From: a candidate division WOR-3 bacterium
Lineage (GTDB): Bacteria; Hydrothermota; Hydrothermia; LBFQ01
Direction of reading: 5' to 3'
Assembly: GCA_039802605.1 (NCBI GenBank)
Contig: JBDRWW010000001.1
Location: 160,001-224,000, forward strand
Length of the DNA stretch: 64,000 nt
Position 1 is the first letter of the stretch, and each line of letters starts with the position of its first letter. Positions 40,152-50,420 of the stretch are shown here, one piece after another. A program made the translations under genes and the position numbers. The notes below the pieces were generated by a model that saw only the letters and a list, made by a program, of their open reading frames with translations, had not been told where the DNA came from and did no database searches.

Positions 40152-41162
40152 ATGAAAATATCCTTTTGGATAAAGGCTTTAAGGGTTATACCGAGAATAG
40201 ATAAGGAGGAATGGGATAAACTTGATTTCATATCCAAATGGCTTATTTTGACGAGGGCGGCCGTTTTCGTGATAACGCTAATACCTTCCTTCATAGTGGC
40301 AATATTATCGTATTTGAACGGGAAGTTTGATTTTATAAATTGGTTTATTTTTACGGTAGGTATAGTTTCCGCACACGCCCTTAACAACATGCTAAACGAC
40401 CTTACGGATTATTTAAAAGGGGTTGATAAAGACAACTATTTTAGGGCTCAATACGGTCCCCATGCCCTTGAACACGGTTTAACAAACAAGAAAGAGTTCT
40501 TTGCGTATGTGGTATTTACGGCCTTTGTAGCGTTGGCCGTTGCGGTTTATTTTATATACCTAAGGGGTATAAGCGCCTTACTTTTGGTGATTGCCGGTTC
40601 ATTTTTTGTTCTGTTTTACACATACCCGCTCAAATATATAGGCCTTGGTGAATTAAGCGTTTTAATCGTTTGGGGTCCCCTTATGATAGGCGGAGGATAC
40701 TATGTAATAACCAACGAGTGGAATTTAAATGTTATCCTTACGAGTTTCATTTACTCCCTTGGGGCGACAAGCGTCCTTATGGGTAAGCATATTGACAAAT
40801 ATGAGGATGATAAATCCAAAAAAATCCACACACTACCCGTTATTATAGGCAAGAAAAACGCGAGATTGTTAAACATAGCCCTGATGTCCTTGCAATACAT
40901 AATAACCGTTTATATGGTGTTAATCGGATTCTTTAAAATTACAATGTTGGTGGTTTTGATCGGCCTTTACTGGTTTTTCAAAAGGACATTGAAGGTTTAT
41001 TTAAGCGAAAAACCCAAGGAAAAACCAAAGGATTATCCCGACGGTGTGTGGCCGCTTTGGTATGTAGCCTTTGCATTTGACCACAACAAAAAGTTTGGAT
41101 ACCTATTTGTTTTGGGTTTGCTATTGGAGGTGATACTAGAAATGAATCGTTCCGCTATATAA
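40152..41162 (+). CDS. UbiA/MenA-family prenyltransferase
   Basis: NNMLNDLTDYLKGVD, YTYPLKYIGLGE, KHIDKYEDD; multiple TM segments. Confidence 0.88.
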   Translation: MKISFWIKALRVIPRIDKEEWDKLDFISKWLILTRAAVFVITLIPSFIVAILSYLNGKFDFINWFIFTVGIVSAHALNNMLNDLTDYLKGVDKDNYFRAQYGPHALEHGLTNKKEFFAYVVFTAFVALAVAVYFIYLRGISALLLVIAGSFFVLFYTYPLKYIGLGELSVLIVWGPLMIGGGYYVITNEWNLNVILTSFIYSLGATSVLMGKHIDKYEDDKSKKIHTLPVIIGKKNARLLNIALMSLQYIITVYMVLIGFFKITMLVVLIGLYWFFKRTLKVYLSEKPKEKPKDYPDGVWPLWYVAFAFDHNKKFGYLFVLGLLLEVILEMNRSAI

Positions 41163-41172
41163 TTCTTTTATC

Positions 41173-42213
41173 ATGTTAATGGCATTACTATCCGCACCTT
41201 TAACGCCGGAGCAGTTGGAGCATATGAAAAGTGGTGGGGATTGGGTTCCATTTACCCTATTTTCCCCACCAGCGGGTGTAATAAGCGTGTCCATGATGGA
41301 CCCTCAAATATACACATTCCAATATCCACCCGGTCAGGAACATTACAGATTGGGTTGTTGGTGTAACGGATTCGGGGTTGGACATACATACGGGGGTACA
41401 TTTTACGGATATACCGACGGTGATGCCAGTTATTATTCTTTAACAAATCTCGGATCAGGGTACGGCACTTGGGGACCATCAGTTTATCAGTGGTGGACGA
41501 GAACACAAACAACCGATGGGAGGATAGAGGTTTATCAACAATATTCCTATTGTCCATCCGTAGGGGCTTTAAGGGGTAGGGCCACTATAAGGAATCTTAC
41601 GGGATATACCCTAACGGGTGTAAAATTCAAAAGATACATAGATTGGGATATGAATCCGGGATATTTCGTGAATAACTATTTTTACTGGGATGCCGGAAAC
41701 TCTATGTGCTATGCAGTTGCAAACAGTTGGGCGCATTATGCGGGTTTAACGGGAATAACACCTACAAGCACATATGCACTTTACGGATGGTCATACTACT
41801 ATACATACAATACCACGATTGATTATACATCATATACTGGTGATGGGTATTGCCTTTTGGATTGGTACATAGGAAACCTAGGCCCTTATGCGAGTGTGGA
41901 TATAAATTATTGCTATGTCGCCGGTAATTCTTATTCCGCTTTGGTTTCCGCAAGGGCGCTTTGTGGAACATGTCCCCTTGCAAGCGATGGAGAATTGGGT
42001 GTAGATGAAGGCAATTCTATAAAAAACCCATCCTTTGAGTATTCCAACGGTTTTATAGTGGTTAGGAATTATTCCGGTGATATAACTATATACCGTCTTG
42101 ACGGTTCAATATACGCGAAGGGGAAATTCAAGGATGGCGACAGGATAAGGGTTAACAAGGGTGCCTATATCATTAAGATAGATGGGGCTACATTCCGAGT
42201 TGTTGCCAAATAA
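41173..42213 (+). CDS. Hypothetical secreted Y/G/W-rich protein with T9SS-like tail
   Basis: Short hydrophobic N-terminus; tail GVDE...IYRLDGS...KGAYIIKI. Confidence 0.7.
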   Translation: MLMALLSAPLTPEQLEHMKSGGDWVPFTLFSPPAGVISVSMMDPQIYTFQYPPGQEHYRLGCWCNGFGVGHTYGGTFYGYTDGDASYYSLTNLGSGYGTWGPSVYQWWTRTQTTDGRIEVYQQYSYCPSVGALRGRATIRNLTGYTLTGVKFKRYIDWDMNPGYFVNNYFYWDAGNSMCYAVANSWAHYAGLTGITPTSTYALYGWSYYYTYNTTIDYTSYTGDGYCLLDWYIGNLGPYASVDINYCYVAGNSYSALVSARALCGTCPLASDGELGVDEGNSIKNPSFEYSNGFIVVRNYSGDITIYRLDGSIYAKGKFKDGDRIRVNKGAYIIKIDGATFRVVAK

Positions 42214-42237
42214 TATTAAAGATAAGGGGCATACCTT

Positions 42238-43548
42238 TTAACCCAATCTTTCCCTTATAACATCCTCCAAGGTGGGTTTTCCTATTTCTTGTAATTCGTA
42301 TCTAACCCTTAAAATGGGTTTATCCGTTTTAACAACCCTTGATAGGTTTATGGGTGTAGCGCTTATAACGATATCCGCCGGGCAAGAATTTATTACCTCT
42401 TGTAATTCCTCTATTTGCTTTGGAGAATAACCCAATGCGGGTAGAACATCAACAACACCCCAGGTTTCCATAGCCTTTTTTATGCTACCTATGGCGTATT
42501 CGTAAGGTTTTATTATTTCCTTTGCACCAAACTTCAATGCGGCTATGTATGCAGCCCCGAACTTCATCTCTCCGTGTGTGGTCGTCGGTCCATCCTCTAT
42601 ACATAATACCCTTTTGCCCTTAATCATTTCGTAGTTCTCGACAAATATGGGTGATGCGGCCTCTATAACCGTTGCCTTTGGGTTTGCCTCCATTATGTTC
42701 TTTCGCAGGATGTTTATATTTTCCAAGTTTGCGCTATCAATTTTATTGATTACTATAACATCGGCCATGCGTAAATTGGTTTCTCCGGGATGGTATTTTA
42801 ACTCATGGCCCGCCCTATGGGGATCCGTTACCACGATGAACAAATCGGGTTTAAAGAAGGGGAAATCGTTGTTTCCCCCATCCCAAAGTATGACATCACC
42901 AACCTTTTCGGCTTCTTCCAAAATCTTCCCGTAATCAACACCCGCAAATACGATATTACCCCTATCCAAATGTGGTTCAAACTCCTCCCTCTCCTCAACC
43001 GTTACATTATATTTATCCAAATCCTCATAAGTTTCAAACTTTTGAACCACTTGTTTTCTCAAATCCCCATAGGGCATTGGATGCCTAACGACGGCAACTT
43101 TTTTACCATAAGATTTTAATATATCGGCAACCCTGCGGCTCGTTTGGCTTTTCCCACATCCGGTTCTTATAGCCCCAACCGCCACCACCGGCTTTTTGGA
43201 TTTTAGCATAGTATCCTTTGGACCCAAAAGCATAAAAGATGCCCCGCAAGCCATGGCCCTTGAAGCCCTACTCATAACATATTCGTGCGACACATCCGAG
43301 TAGGCGAAAACCACCAAATCCACATCCTTTTCCTTTATCAACTTCTCCAAATCTTCCTCGGGATATATGGGAATCCCTTTTGGATACCTTTCACCCGCGA
43401 GTTCCGGTGGATATACCCTACCCTCTATATCCGGTATTTGTGTAGCGGTAAATCCCACAACCTCATACGCGTCGTTTTCCCTAAAAAACACATTAAAGTT
43501 ATGGAAATCCCTACCCGCTGCTCCCATTATTAAAACCCTTCTCTTCAT
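42238..43548 (-). CDS. COG2403-type NTPase (cyclic 2,3-DPG synthetase / arginine synthetase-like)
   Basis: MGAAGRDFHNFN, AIRTGCGKSQTSR, RHPMPYG, WDGGNND, EDGPTTTHG, LPALGY. Confidence 0.88.
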   Translation of the reverse strand: MKRRVLIMGAAGRDFHNFNVFFRENDAYEVVGFTATQIPDIEGRVYPPELAGERYPKGIPIYPEEDLEKLIKEKDVDLVVFAYSDVSHEYVMSRASRAMACGASFMLLGPKDTMLKSKKPVVAVGAIRTGCGKSQTSRRVADILKSYGKKVAVVRHPMPYGDLRKQVVQKFETYEDLDKYNVTVEEREEFEPHLDRGNIVFAGVDYGKILEEAEKVGDVILWDGGNNDFPFFKPDLFIVVTDPHRAGHELKYHPGETNLRMADVIVINKIDSANLENINILRKNIMEANPKATVIEAASPIFVENYEMIKGKRVLCIEDGPTTTHGEMKFGAAYIAALKFGAKEIIKPYEYAIGSIKKAMETWGVVDVLPALGYSPKQIEELQEVINSCPADIVISATPINLSRVVKTDKPILRVRYELQEIGKPTLEDVIRERLG

Positions 43549-43626
43549 AGGTGGGAATAATAATACCGTTTGGTTTGTTAAGATGTGTTTGAACGATCGT
43601 TCAACACGGCCTTAGAATATACGCTT

Positions 43627-43908
43627 ATGCTTTTTGTGGTAATATGTTCCGCGCCGTTTATGGGGGAATTTGAAAACGCCCTTATGGATAGGGGAATAGA
43701 GGGTTATACGATAATACCCAAGGTTTTGGGTAGAGGTGGAAGTAGCGAGCCCGTAATGGATAACGATGTATGGCCGGGTTATTCCGTAATGTTTGTAATT
43801 TTCGTAGAAAGCGAAAAATTGGGGGATTTGAAGGGGGTATTAAAGGACTTTTCGCAAAGGGTTAAACCGTTTAAGGTTTTTGCATTAAAGGAGGTGGAAG
43901 TAATATGA
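43627..43908 (+). CDS. PII-like / PG0541-type transporter-associated protein
   Basis: GYTIIPKVLGRG....P.M...VWPG; TAGAAT 8 nt upstream of ATG 43627; coupled to the TolC gene. Confidence 0.75.
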   Translation: MLFVVICSAPFMGEFENALMDRGIEGYTIIPKVLGRGGSSEPVMDNDVWPGYSVMFVIFVESEKLGDLKGVLKDFSQRVKPFKVFALKEVEVI

Positions 43909-45212
43909 TGTGGGTTATAGCGGTTTTGGAATTAACGGAAGATAAGGCGGTTGAAATTGCATTAAAAAACAGTCCGAGTATTTTGGCGGACAGTTTTGAT
44001 GTTTTATACGCTTACGAGCAGAGTAAAGAGGTGGGCTCTTCCCTTTGGCCGAGCATATCCTTGCAGTTCGGTTATACCTATAACTCCTACGCCACAACAT
44101 TCCAGCAGATAATCCCCACAAAATGGGGATTTCAGGAAATCCCACCGGGTTCCGGTCAGGGGATAGTTTTCCCAATAGAGGCGGAAACCGTTGGTGTTCA
44201 GTTCAACAGACATCACAACTACCGCTTTACCCTATCAATTTCAAGACCCTTATGGAGTTGGTGGAGGATGGAAAGGGGATACCAATTGCAAAAGGAAAAC
44301 ACAAAGGCAAAGTATAACGACTACCTATCCAAAAAGGCGGCTTATGAGTATAACATTAGAATGGTTTATACCCTTGCCTTGCTATCCAAGGAGGCTTTAA
44401 AAATAGCGGAGGAAAATTTAAAGTTTTCGGAAAAACGGTTAAAATTGATTGAAGAAGCGTATAAATCGGGAAGGGCCAATGGGGTAGATTATCTAAGGGC
44501 TACGGCGGATTACGAAAGCGCAAAGGCAAACCTCTTGAACGCCGAAAACAATTATAAATCCTCGTTAAAAACCTTAGCCTTATTTATCGGATTACCGGAT
44601 ACCGTAGAGATAGAATTAAAGGACAGCCTGGGTTCGGAGGATAAAAGCCTCCCACAGGTTGAAATACAGAGATATGATATCGCATATCTTGAAGAGCAGG
44701 TAAAAATTTTGGAAAGTATGTCAAGGGAGGAGTTAAAGGGTTATTTACCCACCGTCCTTGGACAATTTTCCCTTAATTATCAAAGACCCTTGGGATTTGA
44801 AGACAAATGGGGGAGTAACTGGACAGCGGGTATTACCCTAAACTGGACATTGTTTGACGGCCTATCCCCCTCGGTAAGGAGTAAAAAGTATAAATTGCAG
44901 GCGGAGGCCTTGAAGAGGAGGATAGAGTTTTTAAAATTGCAGGCTCAAAAGGAAATAGCAGATGCACAAAGGGAATATGAATACGCGGTTGCTGTTTTGG
45001 ATGCCCAAGAAAAGGGTTTGAACGCCATGAAAAAGGCTTTTGATCTGGCCTTGGAGGCCTATAAATCCGGTAGGATGACATACACGGAGTTTAAACAGGT
45101 TGAGTTGGCGTACTGGAATGCAAAACTATCTTACAAAAAGGCCATAAGCGATGTAAAATTGGCAAAGTTAAAGGTTAAATTCTTGGGTTTAACCTCCTTG
45201 GCATCAAGATGA
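43905..45212 (+). CDS. TolC-family outer-membrane efflux protein
   Basis: LTEDKAVEIALKNSP, P.ISL, two YKSGR repeats, W.AGITLNWTLFDG; SD GGAGGT. Confidence 0.9.
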   Translation: MMWVIAVLELTEDKAVEIALKNSPSILADSFDVLYAYEQSKEVGSSLWPSISLQFGYTYNSYATTFQQIIPTKWGFQEIPPGSGQGIVFPIEAETVGVQFNRHHNYRFTLSISRPLWSWWRMERGYQLQKENTKAKYNDYLSKKAAYEYNIRMVYTLALLSKEALKIAEENLKFSEKRLKLIEEAYKSGRANGVDYLRATADYESAKANLLNAENNYKSSLKTLALFIGLPDTVEIELKDSLGSEDKSLPQVEIQRYDIAYLEEQVKILESMSREELKGYLPTVLGQFSLNYQRPLGFEDKWGSNWTAGITLNWTLFDGLSPSVRSKKYKLQAEALKRRIEFLKLQAQKEIADAQREYEYAVAVLDAQEKGLNAMKKAFDLALEAYKSGRMTYTEFKQVELAYWNAKLSYKKAISDVKLAKLKVKFLGLTSLASR

Positions 45213-45875
45213 TTTAATCCTTTTCCTCCTCTCCTCCTGCAAAACCTTATGGGCTAAAAAAGTGGGAATTTCCCAACCGTTTTTCAAAAAATTTAAGATA
45301 ACCTTTAAACTCGTATCCAAAGATACTTTATGCCCCGGTGAAACGAATAAAAGTTTTTTACCGAGTTTTGGCCTTATAACCCAGCCTATAATTTCGTTGT
45401 TGTATTTGGAATACAGGGGTTTGTATCTTTGAGGTGGGGGTTCGTAATACTTACCAAACAGGAGGGATTTTGCGACGCCAATACTCGGAACATCAAGGAT
45501 GACCCCAAAATGGGAGGCTATTCCCATCCTTCTGGGATGCGCTATTCCCTGTCCATCAATTAAATATAAATCCGCCTTTGTTTTTAAAGATTCATAACCC
45601 CTTAAAAGCAGAGGTAACTCCCTATAAGCCAAAAATGTGGGTATATATGGGAAATCAACAAAACCATCAACGACCGTTTTTTCCAAGATCTTACCGTTTT
45701 TAAAATCAACCACAACGAATGCCACAAGCCCCACAGTTGGATTTTTCCAAATATCCAAAAAGGTTAAATCCGCACCGGCAACTAATTCCAACTTATCAAA
45801 ACCATCCTTTAAAACTATCCTTTTGGCCAGTTCCCTTTGCTCTTTTTCTAACCGCTTCCTATCAAATGTATCCAA
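45204..45875 (-). CDS. nfi: Endonuclease V
   Basis: VAGADL, FPYIPTFLAYRE, IDGQGIAHPRRMGIASH, GVAKS, FVSPGH. Confidence 0.96.
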   Translation of the reverse strand: MDTFDRKRLEKEQRELAKRIVLKDGFDKLELVAGADLTFLDIWKNPTVGLVAFVVVDFKNGKILEKTVVDGFVDFPYIPTFLAYRELPLLLRGYESLKTKADLYLIDGQGIAHPRRMGIASHFGVILDVPSIGVAKSLLFGKYYEPPPQRYKPLYSKYNNEIIGWVIRPKLGKKLLFVSPGHKVSLDTSLKVILNFLKNGWEIPTFLAHKVLQEERRKRIKSS

Positions 45876-46944
45876 GGCTTCTTAGGGTTTCCGTCATAAC
45901 CCCTAAGAGTTCCTTTATATCGTCCGTTGTAAAATCTCCCATATGCCCCACCCTAAAAGTCTTATTTTTCAGTTGGCCGTACCCGTTTGCTATCGCATAA
46001 CCCCTATTCGCCAATTCGGATAAAAATTTCCCAACATCAATGTTTCTGGTATTCTTTATACAGGTTATGGTTTTTGACCAATAGCCCTTTTCGGGGAACA
46101 TATCAAAGTATTCAAGGGCCCAGTCTTGCACAAGCCTCGCCATTTCCTCATGCCTTCTATACCTGTTTTCCAACCCTTCCCTTTCAATCCTCTGCAGCTG
46201 ATAATCAAGGGCGTATAAAAGGGATATATTGGGTGTAAATGGGGTTTGCTTTCTATCCTCATAGTATCTAAGCATCTCCTCAAAGTTGAAATACAAACCT
46301 TTATCCTTTATCCCCTTTGAAACCTCCATAGCCCTTTGGCTAACAAAGGCCACCGCTATCCCGGGGGGCAACCCAAAGGCCTTTTGAACGCTTGCCGTTA
46401 TGGCATCAACATTCCAATTTTCAAGTTCTAAGTGTGTCCCCATCATTGATGTAACCGCATCAACTATTAAAAGCGTATTCGGAGATTTTTCTTTCAAAAC
46501 CTCACCTATTTCCTTTAAGGGACTCAATACACCCGTCGAAGATTCGTTATGTACAACTATTACGGCATCGTAATGCTCCTTTTTTACTTCTTCCTCCACC
46601 ATCTCGGGTTTAACCGCCTTTCCCCATTCTATATCATATGACTTTACCCTTTTACCGTTCAACTCGCATGCCTCAACCCACCTTTCGGCAAAAGAGCCGT
46701 TTTGCATAACCAAAACCTTTTCCTTGACAAAATTCCTAATAAAACCCTCCATTACTCCGGTGGCGGATGCGGTGAAGACAAAAGCGTAGTGGTTCGTTTT
46801 GAAAAGTCGCCTCAGGGTTTCTATGATCCTTTCATACATTTCCGAGAATTCCTTAGATCTGTGGCCTATAAGGGGTTTTGATTGTTGCTCTAAAATTTCC
46901 TTTTTAACCTCTACGGGACCCGGTAAAAAAAGCTTCTTGTACAT
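45862..46944 (-). CDS. Class V PLP aminotransferase (serine-pyruvate/alanine-glyoxylate type)
   Basis: LPGPV, HRS.EF, HNESSTG, VDAVTS, SVQKAFGLPPG, FRVGHMG. Confidence 0.93.
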   Translation of the reverse strand: MYKKLFLPGPVEVKKEILEQQSKPLIGHRSKEFSEMYERIIETLRRLFKTNHYAFVFTASATGVMEGFIRNFVKEKVLVMQNGSFAERWVEACELNGKRVKSYDIEWGKAVKPEMVEEEVKKEHYDAVIVVHNESSTGVLSPLKEIGEVLKEKSPNTLLIVDAVTSMMGTHLELENWNVDAITASVQKAFGLPPGIAVAFVSQRAMEVSKGIKDKGLYFNFEEMLRYYEDRKQTPFTPNISLLYALDYQLQRIEREGLENRYRRHEEMARLVQDWALEYFDMFPEKGYWSKTITCIKNTRNIDVGKFLSELANRGYAIANGYGQLKNKTFRVGHMGDFTTDDIKELLGVMTETLRSLGYI

Positions 46945-46996
46945 AGTTCGGATATTCTAATGTTGAAAGGATTTTTCATCCTTAGAATTTCCGCTT

Positions 46997-47464
46997 ATGA
47001 GGTGGATTGTCTTGGTAGTAGGTTTGTTAAGTCTTATAACCTGTTCAAAAAGGGAAGATAACAGCATTAAAGGTTTGAGCTTTAAAACCTTGGATGGTAA
47101 AATTTATAAATGGGAGGATTTGCAGGGTAAGGTTTTGATCGTTGATTTTTGGGCTACATGGTGTCAGCCTTGCAGGAAGTCCCTACCCGAGTTGGACGCA
47201 ATTTATAAGGAGTATAACGGTAAGGTTGTGGTTATAGGTTTTTCAAAGGATGATTCGGAAGAAGAAGTTAAAAACTTTTTGGAAAAGGAAATTAAAGTTT
47301 CCTATCCAATTGCTATGTCAAATCAAAAGCTGGAAAAAATGTTCGGTGGTATATTGGGTTTGCCCACAAGCTTTTTGGTTGATAAGGATGGTAAAGTTGT
47401 TAGGAGGTTCCTGGGATATGTCCCCAAGGAAGTTTTGGAAGAAAACATAAAAAGACTTTTATAA
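46997..47464 (+). CDS. TlpA-like thioredoxin lipoprotein
   Basis: Lipobox LITC; FWATWCQPC; GLPTSFLVD. Confidence 0.92.
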   Translation: MRWIVLVVGLLSLITCSKREDNSIKGLSFKTLDGKIYKWEDLQGKVLIVDFWATWCQPCRKSLPELDAIYKEYNGKVVVIGFSKDDSEEEVKNFLEKEIKVSYPIAMSNQKLEKMFGGILGLPTSFLVDKDGKVVRRFLGYVPKEVLEENIKRLL

Positions 47465-47492
47465 AGATTTCACCCTTATAATACCGCCCTCT

Positions 47493-48320
47493 ATGAAAGT
47501 TATCAAGTTTGGTAATATAATCATCTTTGTAAAGGATTTCCCGAGGACAATAAAAGGGCTAGCGGTATTTTTAACGGTCATTATTTCCATCTTATTCGGG
47601 GGTTTAACATTTTTTTATTTAAAGTTTCTGAAAAAGTTGTATTCTCAAAGGGTTTATACCAACCTGATTAAAGAAAATCAAGAGCTTAGGAAAACCCTGA
47701 GGGAACTTTCCAAAAAGTTGGATGATATGTATAATAGGCAAAGGGTACTGGCATCGGTATTGAATGTCCCCCTTTACGATATATCCTCCGATAACTTCGC
47801 AATAGGCGGTCAGATAAGGGATGTGGATATTGACAAAATTACCTCGTACGCAAAATTCCAAGAGGATGTATTAAACCAATTGGAAATAAAGGCAAAACTA
47901 ACAAAAGAGGAATTAAAGCGCATCCCGAGCATACCCCCTATAAAGGGGGTTTTCTCTTCGGGTTTTGGGATAAGAAAGGATCCGTTTACGGGTGGCATTG
48001 AATTCCACAAGGGCATTGATATATCCGCCCCCACGGGCACCCCTATAGTTGCCACAGCCGATGGGGTGGTTGAATATGCCGGTTGGAATTCCGAAGGTTA
48101 TGGGAACCAGGTGGTTATAGACCATGAAAACGGTATAAAAACACGCTACGCGCATATGTTTAAAGTCTTAGTTAAGGAAGGCCAAAGGGTTAAAAGGGGA
48201 CAGGTTATAGGGTTGGTTGGAAGCACCGGTAAATCCGTTGCCCCGCATGTGCATTACGAGGTTTATTTAAACGGGAACCCTGTAAATCCCACAAGGTATA
48301 TTCTAGTTGATTTGAGATGA
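47493..48320 (+). CDS. M23 metallopeptidase (intact motifs)
   Basis: HKGID, YGN, YAHM, PHVHYEV; N-terminal TM and coiled coil. Confidence 0.94.
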   Translation: MKVIKFGNIIIFVKDFPRTIKGLAVFLTVIISILFGGLTFFYLKFLKKLYSQRVYTNLIKENQELRKTLRELSKKLDDMYNRQRVLASVLNVPLYDISSDNFAIGGQIRDVDIDKITSYAKFQEDVLNQLEIKAKLTKEELKRIPSIPPIKGVFSSGFGIRKDPFTGGIEFHKGIDISAPTGTPIVATADGVVEYAGWNSEGYGNQVVIDHENGIKTRYAHMFKVLVKEGQRVKRGQVIGLVGSTGKSVAPHVHYEVYLNGNPVNPTRYILVDLR

Positions 48321-48646
48321 ACTGCGTTTTCTGTAAAATTGTTAATGGGGAGATAAAGGCCAAGACGGTTTATGAAAACGAGAGGGCAATGGCCTTTTAC
48401 GATATAAACCCACAGGCCCCCATACATGTACTAATAATTCCCAAAAAACATTACGAAAACCTTTTTGAGGGTATGGATAGGGAAGATGTTGAGGGAATAT
48501 TAAACTGCATAAAGGGTGTCGTAAATGGCTTGAACATAAAGGAGTACAGGCTTGTTAGCAATGCGGGGAAGGGTGCAGGTCAAGAAGTCTTTCATTTACA
48601 CATACATCTACTCGCGGGTAAGGAGTTTCCGGCCAATACGGTATAA
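48317..48646 (+). CDS. HIT/HinT-family protein
   Basis: CVFC, DINPQAPIH, GQEVFHLHIH. Confidence 0.94.
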   Translation: MNCVFCKIVNGEIKAKTVYENERAMAFYDINPQAPIHVLIIPKKHYENLFEGMDREDVEGILNCIKGVVNGLNIKEYRLVSNAGKGAGQEVFHLHIHLLAGKEFPANTV

Positions 48647-48648
48647 GT

Positions 48649-48978
48649 ATGGAGTGCGTATTTTGTAAAATAGTTGAGGGGAAAGAGCCCGCTAAAAAGG
48701 TTTATGAAGAAGATAAAGTTTTGGTTTTCCACACATTGGTACCCGAGGCAAAAATTCACCTCCTCCTCATACCAAAAAAGCATTTCGTTAAGTTTGATGA
48801 ACTCGATGCTGAAACCGCCTATGCCCTGTTTAATACAATTCCGAAAGTTGTTAAAATGTTAAACTTAGACCATTTCAGGATAGTGAATAAAAACGGTTAT
48901 GGTGCGGGTCAGAGGGTACCGCATCTACACATACACATACTATCCGGAAACCTTCCGAAAACTATATTGCCGGGATAA
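48649..48978 (+). CDS. Second, tandem HIT/HinT-family protein
   Basis: CVFC, H.LLIPKKH, GQRVPHLHIH. Confidence 0.92.
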   Translation: MECVFCKIVEGKEPAKKVYEEDKVLVFHTLVPEAKIHLLLIPKKHFVKFDELDAETAYALFNTIPKVVKMLNLDHFRIVNKNGYGAGQRVPHLHIHILSGNLPKTILPG

Positions 48979-49858
48979 TCTCTGAGTGGTTTTTGGATAT
49001 AACGGCATATGTTCGTGGTGTTTCGTAAATTTTTAGAATATCCGCTTGCGTTTTATTGAAAATATATTCCGCTATGTTTTCAAGTGTGGGGTTATCAATG
49101 AAATCGTTTAAAATGTTATGGTCAAATTCTTTTACCACTCTTTCCGCTTTGGAAAAAGCCTTATCATCTTTTGAAAACACCACGAGCAAATAGTTATGAC
49201 CATGGGATTCCCTTTTGGCGCATTTCCCAAAAACTTTAAGGTTTTCCTCGTATTTGAATGTCTTCAATCCGAGTATATGGGCTGCGGAAAATTTGTAAGT
49301 TTTAAAATTTAGCCTTTCACCCCTTACTAATATATATCCCCCTTTATCCTCAACCCTTTCATACCTTTCAAAAAACCTCTTAGGGGAGGTAAAAATCCCT
49401 TTCAAATCCTCAACAATACCCCTATTATCCAAATATCCTTTAACCCAAGTTTCGTACTTCCAAGTGGCACCATTAAAGTTTAACCACTTAAAAGATCCGA
49501 GCAGATTATTCTTACCATCGTATGCCCCGAAAACATCCTCATCCTCAAAAACCTTCACGGAATAAACATTTTCCAAAACCCCCTTTACATTTTCGTAAAG
49601 AACCTTTGATATAATTTCAACGGTTGGGTTTAAACCCTCAAATTCCGGCATAGAATTTAAAAGGGTGTGATCAAATCTTTCAATTATGGGATTAACTTTT
49701 TCCTTTATTTCCGATATGTTCATAACCATACCCAAGTCGTTTATTTTCCCCTTAACGATAACCCAAACCTCATAGTTGTGGCCGTGGAGGTTTTTTAATT
49801 TTCCACCAAAGTTGTAGAAATGCGCCGATTCAAACTCAAACTTCCTCGCCAAAAACAT
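48962..49858 (-). CDS. Two-domain QueD/6-pyruvoyl-tetrahydropterin synthase
   Basis: Two T-fold units, each with F..AH, HGHNY, DH..LN and PT.E; Cys only in the second (GKCAKRESHGHNY). Confidence 0.85.
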   Translation of the reverse strand: MFLARKFEFESAHFYNFGGKLKNLHGHNYEVWVIVKGKINDLGMVMNISEIKEKVNPIIERFDHTLLNSMPEFEGLNPTVEIISKVLYENVKGVLENVYSVKVFEDEDVFGAYDGKNNLLGSFKWLNFNGATWKYETWVKGYLDNRGIVEDLKGIFTSPKRFFERYERVEDKGGYILVRGERLNFKTYKFSAAHILGLKTFKYEENLKVFGKCAKRESHGHNYLLVVFSKDDKAFSKAERVVKEFDHNILNDFIDNPTLENIAEYIFNKTQADILKIYETPRTYAVISKNHSEIIPAI

Positions 49859-49901
49859 CACCGGAAATTATAAGGGGTTAAGGGTTTTTAAATGCCAATG
49901 C

Positions 49902-50399
49902 AAATACCTGCGTATTTCCCTAACGGATAGGCGCAATTTGAGGTGTAGGTATTGTATGCCAGCATTTGGGGTAAAGTTTATGGACTGGGAAAAGGTCTTA
50001 ACATCTCGGGAAATATTAAGACTTGCAAAGATATTTAAAGAATTGGGTATATCTAAGGTTAGGCTTACGGGTGGAGAACCGCTTTTAAGATGGGATTTAA
50101 GGGAAATAGTTGAGGGTTTAAAAGAACTAAACCTATCGCTAAACATCACGACAAATGGCATATTGTTGGATAACTACTTGGATTTCTTGAAAGACAAGGT
50201 GGATTACCTTTACAAAGCCTTGGAAAAGGGGTTTAAAATGGTTAAAATAAACACAGTAATAGCAAATGGGTTTAACGATGATAAAATCTTTAACTTTGTT
50301 GAGTTTGCCAAAGAAAAACCGGTTGCAATTGGGTTTATAGAATTTAAAACCCCTTTTATGAAAGGCCCTTTGGCCATACGGGTGCGGAGAAAATATTAA
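49902..50399 (+). pseudogene. moaA: Degraded MoaA (GTP 3',8-cyclase)
   Basis: YLRISLTDR-R-NLRCRYCMP (first radical-SAM Cys codon is CGC), VRLTGGEPLLR, TTNG, VKINTV...NDD, FIEF; internal deletions, no C-terminal cluster. Confidence 0.88.
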
Positions 50400-50420
50400 G
50401 GTCTCTGCAAGCGATCAAAA

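Noticed and set aside
39533..40390. 285-aa minus-strand ORF
   Set aside because: It is antisense to the E1 and prenyltransferase genes and has a Pro/Ser-rich shadow composition.
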